A stretch of 64,000 nucleotides of DNA from Candidatus Poribacteria bacterium (lineage in GTDB: Bacteria; Poribacteria; WGA-4E; WGA-3G): positions 32,633 through 96,632 of the forward strand of contig JAGFCB010000022.1 in the NCBI GenBank assembly GCA_022394775.1. The letters run 5' to 3'. Shown here piece after piece: positions 30,083 to 39,487 of this stretch. Positions within the stretch are counted from its first letter, which is position 1. Every line of letters begins with the position of its first letter. The notes beneath the pieces were generated by a model. That model was given only the letters and a program-made list of their open reading frames with translations. It was not told the origin of the DNA and did not search any database. Position numbers and translations under genes: made by a program.

Positions 30083-33000
30083 TTACTTTTCCTCTTGATT
30101 GGTCGAAGAAGGGAGTGCATACATGCTTCGCCGCACTTTCACAATTTCACCAGCATCGACAAGCCGTTTGAGTTCGTTTTTTGTGGAACCTGGATGTCCT
30201 TCAATGACATCAATGAGTTCAGATGTTTTTTTCTCGCCTGTGGCAAGAAGTGCGAAGATCTGATCACGGAGCGGGACGCGGAGGGGTTTCCCGCCTCTAA
30301 ACTTCATCAATATTCGATTGGCTTGGCTTCTGGAGATGCCCAAGACGTGTTCTACTTCATCTCTATGGGATTCGGCAGTGAGAGTGTCGCGTTCTGCCTC
30401 AAACTGCTCACGCGTAGCGATGGTTTCAGGGAGTTTGTCTAAGCCACCGGCGACCTCAAAATCTTCCCAATCAAAAAGCAACGTTTCAGGACGATCAGTG
30501 ATATCAGGGAGGGGTACACTCGCAAGCAGGACTACGGTTTTATTGGGTAAGCGGTTCAAGCCGGCGCGTCCGATAACCTGTGAAAATAAGCCTACAGATT
30601 GCCGTTCATGGACGGACCGAATGCGTGCGTCTTTATAGATACCGGATACTGCTTCACCATCATAAGAGAGGGGTTTTTCGTCGTCTCCGAACTGGATCTG
30701 CGATTGTCTCCAAACGTGTTCTGGTGTCCAGAAAGGTCCCCCAACGATCCAAATGACATCTGCCGTTTCAAAAGCGGAGGTTTCTAATGTTGTTAGGTGC
30801 TTAAAGCCCTTAACGAAACAGACGTTCTCTTTTGCTGCGATGTGCTTTAAATGTAGTTTTACCGGTGCGCAGCAGATAATTGCATGCCGAACGTTCGGGT
30901 CCTTCTCAATTTCGGCTTGGATATGGAGAAAAAAGCGTTGCCCCATTTCGGACATGCCGAGTACCCGCCAGTCGGTATCGTAGTTTAAAAGCGTATGTCG
31001 TGGATAGATGCCTGTTCGGATCTGAAAGACTCGATTTCCGGGTACCCATGCTGTCGGTTTGACGTGATGGACTTCAATTTCGGCATCGGGGAACGCTCTA
31101 CGCAAATCGCGTTCAGAAAGCATTGATGACATAAACAAGAGTCGTTTGACGTTCGGATGCAACACCGGCGGCACCCAGAACTTTAACTGTGTCTCATCCC
31201 ATAACATGGGAGCATCGGCATCCCGTAAGTAATATGCGAAGAAACGCGTGAGTTGATGCCAAAATGTCCAGTTCAGATCCTGACAGACAGTTGGAAAGTC
31301 TTGAATTTTCGCAGTAGTTGAGGTATCCAAGATCCCGAATTCAATGGCTTGTGTAATTGAGATAGGGATATTCAGGTCTTGGTTCAATTGAAAAGCCTCA
31401 AGTTCAAAGGCCGGTACTTCTTTTAGGGTGAGTCTATTCGCAGCGTCGGTATCCAAGGGAATGTAGGCAGCGGTGCCGCCGTCAAACTCGATAGCAAAAC
31501 GCGCTAACATCTTTCCGGTTTGATCATCAACAAATTCGCGGGGTACGACTTTAGCGGTTATATTGACTTGCCCCATTTGCTGGGCGAGCGTTGCTTCTTG
31601 TCCTTGAAAGGCTTGCACGACGGCTCGGACGCGCCTGATAGGATTCTCATCCATTTCGCCTTTAATCTCTAAAGCGTTTAGTAAAGCAGTGGTAAAGTTC
31701 CCTAAGGCGTACCCGCGCCAATTCAGGCACCAATTTTCCAAGGTATCTTTTGATATTTTACACTGTATAAACAGCCTACCTGCGTGTGCTTCATCGATGA
31801 CACAAAGTCGTTCTGTGCTGTCCACAGGTTCAAGAATTTCAGCTGCCATTTTTGCGTGTTCTGGATCCAAAAACAGCCGAATAGGATTCAATATTTGTAC
31901 TGCGGCATTTTTTAGCGCGGTAGATTGGGATAAATATCCACGTTGTTGGCATTCAGTATAGACGGGACACTGTGGACAAATACTCTCATTCGGATTTCCA
32001 CCTTTCTCTTCGAGTGCCTTACACCGCTCTGGATCCTCGCAGACATTCCCGTGTTGAAAGGGTGTCGCCATCCGTATCTCGGCAGGTATATCTTTCACTT
32101 TTTGCCACAAGTAATTCCGGGGTCTGAGGTGTACAACCGATGACACATTTCGATCCCGAAAGTGTTGTTCGAGTTTTTGCGTCACCTCGAATTCCGCGGT
32201 TAGACTAACAGTGCCGCCGTCAAGGGCATGGGTCGCCGCAGCGTAGCTTTTACCGCCACCGTCTTCGGCAATAAGTCCAAGAATCCGTACATCCCGATTA
32301 AAAACGCTCTGCATCTGGGTAGCACTTTCTTCAAGCGTTCCATAAACCTTATTCTGCGTTTCTTTTTTAGGTAGGACTGGAGAGGGTCGTTTTATTCCCA
32401 ATGGGCTGAGCTTGGCTTCGCGTACGGCAAGAATATTATCGGTTACAGGTAATCCAGTGGTCGGTATTGCTGGCAGAATACCGGTATCATCCCAGATATT
32501 TGTTAGCGGTGTCGCTTCCATTGGTAGCCCAGTATCAGGCATGGAAGCGCGAACCCAGACTTCTGTATCTTGCTCCCATAGCGAAACGTGTGCATCGCCA
32601 AAACCGCTGTCGGATTGACGCCACTGGTAAATGCCGTCCTTTTGTTGAAGATAAGAAAACCCGCGCTTCAAAAACGCCTCTTTTGCGAGGTTAAGGTTGT
32701 GCGATCCGAAGGACATTGGCACGATAGGCATCTCTTGAACGGCAGCTTCCAAGTCGCTTTCTTCAAGCGATATTGGTTGGTGAAGTGCAGCCCGAAGCGT
32801 ATCAATAGGTGCCAAGAGTACCTCTTTGGCAATGATAGGTGGATCTAAGAGGTTTCCCATCAGAATTTCGTGGCGGCCATCCCAACAACTGTATCCTTTA
32901 TCGCCTAAGATTTCAAGCAGATGCGCGCGATGGTATGGATTTTCGGAGGTCGGTGTGTGTTTGTAAATATACTGTTTGGCTTCATTGGTATTGGGATGGA

Positions 33001-33496
33001 GATAATTCAGGACTCTGCAGGAGAAGCGCAATCCACCAGACTTTGATAGCGTCAATAGTGGGTTCGCGACAGCGTTAAGGAGTGCCTCAACACAGGTGAG
33101 AACGGCATCGGGAGCAGCACAAATAGCGTCATACTTAAACTCGATGTCGTGCCACTGGGCACCCTCACATTCTGAGGGGACACCGGTATATACTTGGATT
33201 CCCCATGATTGATGCCAGAATACCCCAGTCCAGTCTTTTCTGCCTTGGCGTTTCAAGAATCGTTCTTCCTCAAAACCTGACAGACCGTGGTCGTAATCAG
33301 GGACGCGCCTCATCGGCATGAAAGAGATGTTCGCCTGCTCAAGTCTATAAAGGTTTACAGGGTATCTCCAAGCACAATAGGCGGTAAAATTATAAGGAAG
33401 CGCTTTATAGAGTGCTGGTGTTACTCTTGTCTTACGCTGTCGAAGGGGTTTTTTGTGTCGTTGATGACAACGTTGAATGATATCTTTTAAATTCAT
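30083..33496 (-). CDS. Large hypothetical protein: Prim-Pol-like N-terminus, Cys cluster, SF2 helicase-like core, C-terminal HTH/wHTH
   Basis: GIQVYTGVPS, WHDIE, TLSKSGGLR, LEILGDKGY; AEDGGGKS, VIDEAH, QVIGRAGLNR; CEDPERC...CPQCPVYTEC; C-terminal LKRLVDAGEIVKVRRSMY. Confidence 0.7.
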   Translation of the reverse strand: MNLKDIIQRCHQRHKKPLRQRKTRVTPALYKALPYNFTAYCAWRYPVNLYRLEQANISFMPMRRVPDYDHGLSGFEEERFLKRQGRKDWTGVFWHQSWGIQVYTGVPSECEGAQWHDIEFKYDAICAAPDAVLTCVEALLNAVANPLLTLSKSGGLRFSCRVLNYLHPNTNEAKQYIYKHTPTSENPYHRAHLLEILGDKGYSCWDGRHEILMGNLLDPPIIAKEVLLAPIDTLRAALHQPISLEESDLEAAVQEMPIVPMSFGSHNLNLAKEAFLKRGFSYLQQKDGIYQWRQSDSGFGDAHVSLWEQDTEVWVRASMPDTGLPMEATPLTNIWDDTGILPAIPTTGLPVTDNILAVREAKLSPLGIKRPSPVLPKKETQNKVYGTLEESATQMQSVFNRDVRILGLIAEDGGGKSYAAATHALDGGTVSLTAEFEVTQKLEQHFRDRNVSSVVHLRPRNYLWQKVKDIPAEIRMATPFQHGNVCEDPERCKALEEKGGNPNESICPQCPVYTECQQRGYLSQSTALKNAAVQILNPIRLFLDPEHAKMAAEILEPVDSTERLCVIDEAHAGRLFIQCKISKDTLENWCLNWRGYALGNFTTALLNALEIKGEMDENPIRRVRAVVQAFQGQEATLAQQMGQVNITAKVVPREFVDDQTGKMLARFAIEFDGGTAAYIPLDTDAANRLTLKEVPAFELEAFQLNQDLNIPISITQAIEFGILDTSTTAKIQDFPTVCQDLNWTFWHQLTRFFAYYLRDADAPMLWDETQLKFWVPPVLHPNVKRLLFMSSMLSERDLRRAFPDAEIEVHHVKPTAWVPGNRVFQIRTGIYPRHTLLNYDTDWRVLGMSEMGQRFFLHIQAEIEKDPNVRHAIICCAPVKLHLKHIAAKENVCFVKGFKHLTTLETSAFETADVIWIVGGPFWTPEHVWRQSQIQFGDDEKPLSYDGEAVSGIYKDARIRSVHERQSVGLFSQVIGRAGLNRLPNKTVVLLASVPLPDITDRPETLLFDWEDFEVAGGLDKLPETIATREQFEAERDTLTAESHRDEVEHVLGISRSQANRILMKFRGGKPLRVPLRDQIFALLATGEKKTSELIDVIEGHPGSTKNELKRLVDAGEIVKVRRSMYALPSSTNQEEK

Positions 33497-33578
33497 GCTC
33501 TATTTCACTCAAGTAATGTTCTATCAAGACAATACAATAATACAAATTAAACTGGAAAATCTATGTCCTCATGCGAGA

Positions 33579-33607
33579 ATTATACATGAACTCGATTTAC
33601 ATGTCAA
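33579..33607 (-). promoter_or_regulatory. Consensus sigma70 promoter of the 1137-aa gene
   Basis: TTGACA-17 nt-TATAAT, with the -10 box about 80 nt upstream of ATG 33496. Confidence 0.75.
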
Positions 33608-33846
33608 GTTAAATTTGTGTATATTTCAGGACGATTTATAGTGAAACCTGTAATTATAATAAATCCCCTAATTACCTATACACCAACGGGGAGGCGAGGT
33701 TCCAAACCTCGCCAGCGGTGGGGGGATGTTTGTTCCCTGATGAGATGTAAACTTATTTTTGGATTTTGCTATAATTGGGGGTGTTTCATTATTAGCGGAG
33801 GAGACCTCGTACCGCAAACTGTATGAAGATTAAATAAATCATTAGG

Positions 33847-33959
33847 GATCGCGAACACAGCTCGCTCCTATAATAAAAGAAGGATCGCGAGCACAGCTCG
33901 CTCCTACAGAGGAAGACAGCACCAGCTTTTGCAAAATCGTCAGCGCAGCTCGCTCCTAC
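33847..33959 (-). repeat. GTAG-type REP cluster (three copies)
   Basis: Variants of GATCGCGAGCACAGCTCGCTCCTAC at 33847, 33883 and 33942. Confidence 0.85.
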
Positions 33960-34001
33960 GCGGGAAATTCCAACCCGCTATCTACTATAGATGTACTGCT
34001 T

Positions 34002-35126
34002 TTACATCAATTCGACGAAGATTTCGTTTGCGAGAAAGAGTCCACGGGATGTGAGTCGGAGATGCGTGGCGGTTCGTTGGAGTAATTGTAGGTCTATCCA
34101 TTTTTTAAGAATATCCTCGAAAGCGACTTCGATTTCTTCGGCGAAACGGTTTCGGTAATCTTCAAGAGAGATGCCTTCCCGTTTGCGAAGTGCGAGCATG
34201 AGGGTTTCCGCTTTTTCCGCGTGTCCGATCAGGCGTTCTGTGTCGGCGATGGGTTTGTTGCATTTGGAGAGTTTGTTAATGTAAGGTGCAATGCCTCGAA
34301 TATTGGTGTAACGGACACCGTTGACATATCCACACGCGCCTGCGCCGAGTCCGATACAGGGTTGGTTGTTCCAGTAGATGAGATTGTGCCTTGCATAACG
34401 GTTGGGTTTGGCGAAGTTACAGATCTCGTAGTGTGTGTACCTCTGCGCGGTCAAGGTCTCGATTGTGTATTGGAACATATCCGCTTCGGTGTCTTCAGAC
34501 GGGAGCTGGAGTTCACCGGCTTGCCACCGTTGATAAAATGGGGTCGTTTCCTCCATGACGAGGTTGTAGGCTGAAATGTGTTCGGGATCGAGAGAAATTA
34601 CTTCGTTTAGTGTGTGGTGCCATGCTTCCATCGCCTGATTGGGAAGTGCGAAGATGAGATCAATGTTGATGTTTTGAAAGTGATGTTCGCGGGCGAGATG
34701 GTAACTTTCGAGGAACTCGGCAACGGTGTGGATTCTGCCTAACTGTTTCAGGGTCTCATCTTGCATGGCTTGCAGACCGAAACTCAAGCGATTCACACCG
34801 TAGTCTCGCATGACGCTAAGTTTTTCGGTATCTACTGTGCCGGGATTGCATTCTACAGTGATTTCAGCATCTGGTGTTATTTGGAAATGCTGCTGGATGT
34901 CGGTGAAGAGCTGCGCTAAGGCATCGGCAGCGAGGATGGAAGGGGTGCCGCCGCCGATGAAAATCGTTTGTAGGGGTTCGGTTTCTGAAGCGTAAAGTTC
35001 CATCTCTGTGCGGAGCGCGGTTAAGTATGCTTTCGCCTGTTCTTTGTGGAAGGCATAAGTATTGAAAGCGCAGTAGTAGCATTTCGTTGCGCAGAATGGG
35101 ATATGGATGTATATGGAAGATGCCAT
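34002..35126 (-). CDS. hemW: Radical SAM heme chaperone HemW (HemN-like)
   Basis: YIHIPFCATKCYYCAF, GGGTPS, YEICNFA, HNLIYW. Confidence 0.92.
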   Translation of the reverse strand: MASSIYIHIPFCATKCYYCAFNTYAFHKEQAKAYLTALRTEMELYASETEPLQTIFIGGGTPSILAADALAQLFTDIQQHFQITPDAEITVECNPGTVDTEKLSVMRDYGVNRLSFGLQAMQDETLKQLGRIHTVAEFLESYHLAREHHFQNINIDLIFALPNQAMEAWHHTLNEVISLDPEHISAYNLVMEETTPFYQRWQAGELQLPSEDTEADMFQYTIETLTAQRYTHYEICNFAKPNRYARHNLIYWNNQPCIGLGAGACGYVNGVRYTNIRGIAPYINKLSKCNKPIADTERLIGHAEKAETLMLALRKREGISLEDYRNRFAEEIEVAFEDILKKWIDLQLLQRTATHLRLTSRGLFLANEIFVELM

Positions 35127-35127
35127 A

Positions 35128-36231
35128 TTATTCTGTAAATTCCAATCCGATTCGGATGGCTGCGCCTGTGTCTGCGTAAGAGAAGGCTTCGTTAATGTCG
35201 CTGAACGGGAAGGTATCGGAGATAATTTTGTGGAACGGATACTTGTCGCGCGTGCGCACTAAGAAGTCAAGTGCTCGCGGGATGACCCAAGGTTCGTAGA
35301 CGATGACACCGCGAATCGCTTTGCTACACCGGACGATGTTCCCTGGATCAATCTCTGTAGGGAATCCGAGGTTGATGTTTCCGATCCAGAGGTAACGTCC
35401 ACCCCACCGAAGCATCTCTATACCTTCAGCAAGAACGCGTGGCGAACCGACGAACTCCGCGACGAGGTCCGCGCCGATGCCGCCTGTTTGGTCGAGAACG
35501 TATTGGACTCGTGAGTTCATGTCAATTTCGTCGACGTTGAGGGTTTCATCTGCCCCGAACTCCTGTGCCAAAGTAAGACGTGCAGGCAGTCGATCAAGAA
35601 CGATAATCTTACCGGCGCCCATCTCACGTGCGACGGCTGTCGCGTAGAGCCCGAGTCCACCCGCACCTTGGATAACGACGGTATCGCCGAGGGTGATACC
35701 GATCTGGTTTAGCCCGTAGATGACTTCGGATAAAGCGCAGTTGATGGGTGATACGAGTGCGTCTGAGAGTTCGTCTGGAACTTTGAACACCCAATGTCCG
35801 GGTTTCATGTAGTAGTATTCACCGTAGGCACCGTGGAAATGCGGTGGCTGCTCGCTGGAGACACCGAGCCAATCTCTATAGCGGTTCGGACATCCCGGTT
35901 TTCCGTTGAGGCACATCCAACAGTGTTGGCAGGGTTTGAAGTAGGAATAAGCGATCCGGTCGCCTTCGGTGAGCGGTTGTCCGGTGCTATCTGTTGTGAT
36001 ATTGCGTCCCATCGCTTCGATTGTGCCGATCATTTCGTGTCCGAGTACTTGCGGGACACCGCTCTCAATTTTGGGGCCGTGTCCGCGCCAGAAGTGTAGA
36101 TCGGAGCCGCAGATATTTGCCATCCGGATTCGTACGCGTATGTCGTCGGGGGTGACGGATGGGACTGGGTATTCCCTGAATTCCATCGGGGTTTGCGGTT
36201 GTGTAAAAATGGCGACTTTCCCTGTTTTCAT
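35128..36231 (-). CDS. Zinc-binding alcohol dehydrogenase (MDR family)
   Basis: ICGSDLH, LGHE, CxxCxxC...C, GAGGLG. Confidence 0.92.
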   Translation of the reverse strand: MKTGKVAIFTQPQTPMEFREYPVPSVTPDDIRVRIRMANICGSDLHFWRGHGPKIESGVPQVLGHEMIGTIEAMGRNITTDSTGQPLTEGDRIAYSYFKPCQHCWMCLNGKPGCPNRYRDWLGVSSEQPPHFHGAYGEYYYMKPGHWVFKVPDELSDALVSPINCALSEVIYGLNQIGITLGDTVVIQGAGGLGLYATAVAREMGAGKIIVLDRLPARLTLAQEFGADETLNVDEIDMNSRVQYVLDQTGGIGADLVAEFVGSPRVLAEGIEMLRWGGRYLWIGNINLGFPTEIDPGNIVRCSKAIRGVIVYEPWVIPRALDFLVRTRDKYPFHKIISDTFPFSDINEAFSYADTGAAIRIGLEFTE

Positions 36232-36418
36232 TTTTTAACTTTCCTTGCGGTTCGGTAAGGTGGATCTGAAATTTGAGGGGCTGCTCCGTAGACTCGCTTT
36301 CCACTTCGTTTCAAGCTGTATCCTTTTCCCGAAAATTTGATGTTCAACTCCATAGATTCGGCACAAACGGTGTTTTGGAATTCTCAACTGTGCCTTTGCG
36401 GTTTAGAATTGCCTTACC

Positions 36419-36811
36419 TTAATACTCATCAAAATTGACGACTTTCCAGCGTCCATCGATCTGTTCGGTGTGGATTACGACTTTTCGGGTATGCGTTGTC
36501 GCGCCACGGATTTCGATAGTGAGTTTGTAGTTGAATAGCACGTGGGTTGCTTCTTCTTCTTTATCGATGAATTCGTATTCCATCTTCGGTACTTCGTCAA
36601 ATTGTTGCCCTGGCACGCGGACTTCATTGACGCGCGCAATTTCGTCTTCGAGTTTTTGTGCGGCGAGTCCGTGGCTGAGTTGTAGGGATGCCATTTGGTC
36701 TGCTCGCTGGTAATAGTTATAGATAAAATCTTCGCAGACAGCTTGCGGCGTATTCCTATTTGCGCATGCGAGTATTAACAGAGTAGACAGTAGGAGGTAT
36801 TGTGGTTTCAT
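36419..36811 (-). CDS. Small hypothetical lipoprotein (NTF2-like fold suspected)
   Basis: Start MKPQYLLL overlaps the upstream stop; lipobox ILAC; TPQAV and terminal DGRWKV. Confidence 0.65.
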   Translation of the reverse strand: MKPQYLLLSTLLILACANRNTPQAVCEDFIYNYYQRADQMASLQLSHGLAAQKLEDEIARVNEVRVPGQQFDEVPKMEYEFIDKEEEATHVLFNYKLTIEIRGATTHTRKVVIHTEQIDGRWKVVNFDEY

Positions 36812-38127
36812 TTCTTTTTTGCGCGAATCATAGCGACGTTGAAGATCGGACGTTCGTACCCGTGTGCCGGACTGTTCACGACACCGCCTAAAGCCCATAG
36901 CGTTGAAGAGCTGCCGCCATCGAAGTTGATGGCGTGTTCGATACCGAGTTGGCTGAAAAATTTTCCCATATCATAGAGGGTCATTCCCATGCTATATCCG
37001 TGCTGTCTACCATCGACAGCGATAAGGAAAAGTTTATCATCATTAAACCCTAATGCACTGCGCGGATGGCGGGAAGCACCATTACTGTGTGCGTATGCGC
37101 TGCGTCCTCGTGTCGCGCCAAATTCGACGAGCTCCGGTTCAATTTTACCATCACGGACAAGCCGTAGGTTTCCGCCGATTCCTTGCCGAACGCGTTGCCA
37201 TTTTTTCGGTGTAAGGGCGATCTCTAATGTACCTTTCGTAGCTGCTGTGAGTTTCTTGGTCCAGTCGCGTGCTGTGCGCGACTCGATCGCGAGCACTACA
37301 CCGTCAGCGGGGATGTTACTGTTGCCGTACCGATTAACCTCGGTGACGACAAATCTACTTGTATATTTTCCGGTGATTGGCAGCGAGAGTTTTTTAAGCG
37401 TGAACTCGTAGCAGCGGCGTGTCAAAGTCCGGCGTCCGAAGCGTGGTGTGAAGAGGACGACGGGTGCCAACGAGTTACAGATCTGGTTGATGGCGTTAAT
37501 AGGCAGCATATTCGCGTCGCTATTGCCAATACGAATATGTCCATTTAGCTGCACTCTGTCCAAAAGAAACTCGCCGTCAGGGGTGACACCAAAGCTGGTT
37601 TCGCCCCATGGAGACGGCGGCGAATATCCCCATCTATCATGAGCGATGGGTATGCTGATAAGTTCACCGTTTTGGATATGGAGATTAAAGATCATGCCGC
37701 CGCGTCCGTAGGAGTCGCCACGAATCCCAAAACTTCCATTAACGCCAGCGAGCGGTAGGACGTTTTTATTTATCAGTTGCCTGAGTGTCCGCGTAACAGT
37801 TTCACGTTCTAAGATCTGGTCATTGGCAAGTTTGACATCGAATTGTAGGTTCTGTGCCGTTCGGTCCATCTCTGCGACGTAGACGGCTGCCCCTCCTACC
37901 CACCAGTAGCGGTGGAGTCGGAACCCGTCGGGCCATTGTTTGCGTTGGAGTTCATCGCGCTTTCTGACGGTGTCAAGGCGTGCCTCTGGCTGCTTGCTCC
38001 GTGAAGCATTGCCACGGAAAAAGGGGTTTTCAACTGCCCGCAGTGCGCCAATTATGAGAACGGAGAGCAGAATGAGTACACACACCATCGTTAATCGGGT
38101 GAGGTAAGGTCTATTTTCTTGCGTCAT
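36808..38127 (-). CDS. Phosphodiester glycosidase (NAGPA) family protein
   Basis: AGVNGSF, HPRSALG, VDGRQ, AINFDGGSSS. Confidence 0.88.
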   Translation of the reverse strand: MTQENRPYLTRLTMVCVLILLSVLIIGALRAVENPFFRGNASRSKQPEARLDTVRKRDELQRKQWPDGFRLHRYWWVGGAAVYVAEMDRTAQNLQFDVKLANDQILERETVTRTLRQLINKNVLPLAGVNGSFGIRGDSYGRGGMIFNLHIQNGELISIPIAHDRWGYSPPSPWGETSFGVTPDGEFLLDRVQLNGHIRIGNSDANMLPINAINQICNSLAPVVLFTPRFGRRTLTRRCYEFTLKKLSLPITGKYTSRFVVTEVNRYGNSNIPADGVVLAIESRTARDWTKKLTAATKGTLEIALTPKKWQRVRQGIGGNLRLVRDGKIEPELVEFGATRGRSAYAHSNGASRHPRSALGFNDDKLFLIAVDGRQHGYSMGMTLYDMGKFFSQLGIEHAINFDGGSSSTLWALGGVVNSPAHGYERPIFNVAMIRAKKK

Positions 38128-38285
38128 TCCTTTTAACTTTCCTTGCGGTTCGGTGAGGCGGGTCTATGATTTCGGAGTGCCTCTCCGTAGCCTCGCATGC
38201 GCCGGTGTTGCATGCTATATTTCCTGATTTTTCAGATTTCCTTGCGGTTCGGTGAGGCGGGTCTGTGATTGCAGAAACCCGATAT

Positions 38286-39395
38286 TTAAGAACTCGCTTT
38301 TAAGCCGATGCCAGTAAGGATTGAGACGACTTGGTCGCCTAATGTGACAATGCCTGCCTGTAAAAATTTTTGATATGCTTTGACGACTACAGCCGAAGTC
38401 GGTTCGACATAGATCCCTTTAGCTGCAAGCATCGTTAATCCTGTTTTAATGTCTGTATCATCAACGGTGATAAATGCCCCATTTGTGGCACTGATAGCCT
38501 CCAAAATCATGTGTCCGCGGATAGGGAGTTCGGCGGTAATGCCTTCGGCGAGCGTTTTATTGGCTTGCGGCATTCTTGAGACGGACACTGCTTTATTAAC
38601 GTAGGCATTGTAAATCGGGCAACAGACATTAGGTTGAACGCCGAGAAGCCGCGGCATGTTTACGATAATCCCGTGTGCTTGCAATTCGCGGAAGCCGATA
38701 AAGAGTCCTAAATAGATACTTCCGAATCCGACGGGGCAGATAACATGGGTCGGGGCACGCCATCCGAGTTGCTCAACGATTTCATAGGCAAGTGTTTTTG
38801 TGCCTTCCAAGAAGAACGGGTGCCAGTTGTGGGAGGCATAACAGGTCGTCTCGGCTGCAAGTTTCACGGCTTCTGTTGTCGCCATACGGTTTCCAGGAAC
38901 CAGTTTCAACTCGGCACCGTAAGCGGAAATTTGTTTTAATTTCCCTTGCGAGGTAGACTCAGGACAGTAGATGGTGCAGTGGATGCCTGCCCTTGCACTA
39001 TAGGCGGCTATTGCTGCACCGGCATTGCCTGATGAATCCTCAACAATTTCCTCAACGCCGAGAGCTTTGAGATGTGTGAGTAAGACAGCTGCCCCTCTAT
39101 CCTTATAGGATCCAGTTGGACAAAGATAGTCCAATTTGACAAAGTGTTCGGGCGTATCCACATCAATCGGTACAAGCGGTGTCATACCTTCGCCGAGCGT
39201 AACAATATCTGTATCTGCGTTGATTGGCAGTGCCTCTCGATACCGCCAGAGTGACATCGCTGCTGGTACCTGTGCGTTCGGCAAGATACGTGAATCCGCA
39301 ACAAGATTCAACGCGCTGCCGCAATCGCACTTATAACGCAACGGCGAGATTTGATATGTGTTATTGCATTTAGCGCATTGATATTGCATTTTCAA
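38286..39395 (-). CDS. thrC: Threonine synthase-like PLP enzyme
   Basis: N-terminal Cys knuckle, LGEGMTPL, PTGSYKDRG, SSGNAG, EPTSA, LTGIGLK. Confidence 0.85.
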   Translation of the reverse strand: MKMQYQCAKCNNTYQISPLRYKCDCGSALNLVADSRILPNAQVPAAMSLWRYREALPINADTDIVTLGEGMTPLVPIDVDTPEHFVKLDYLCPTGSYKDRGAAVLLTHLKALGVEEIVEDSSGNAGAAIAAYSARAGIHCTIYCPESTSQGKLKQISAYGAELKLVPGNRMATTEAVKLAAETTCYASHNWHPFFLEGTKTLAYEIVEQLGWRAPTHVICPVGFGSIYLGLFIGFRELQAHGIIVNMPRLLGVQPNVCCPIYNAYVNKAVSVSRMPQANKTLAEGITAELPIRGHMILEAISATNGAFITVDDTDIKTGLTMLAAKGIYVEPTSAVVVKAYQKFLQAGIVTLGDQVVSILTGIGLKASS

Positions 39396-39401
39396 ATCAG
39401 A

Positions 39402-39465
39402 GGCGAGGTTTGAAACTTCGCCAGCAGCATTCCTGCCGATCAGAGGCGAGGTTTCAAACCTCGCC
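39402..39465. repeat. REP-like hairpin GGCGAGGTT-nnn-AACCTCGCC (two tandem copies)
   Basis: Family also near 14152, 19740, 19780, 21205, 29336, 33693, 41390, 50696, 53751, 61926 and 63962. Confidence 0.85.
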
Positions 39466-39487
39466 AGCAGTATGGTGTTTGGTGTTC

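Noticed and set aside
30083-33496. Prophage or integrated plasmid around the primase-helicase-like gene
   Set aside because: No integrase, att-like tRNA end, structural or partition genes; the neighbours are housekeeping genes
33847-33959. CRISPR array from the repeated 25-mers
   Set aside because: Only 2-3 degenerate copies with short irregular spacing, dispersed elsewhere in the window, and no cas genes; they fit REPs
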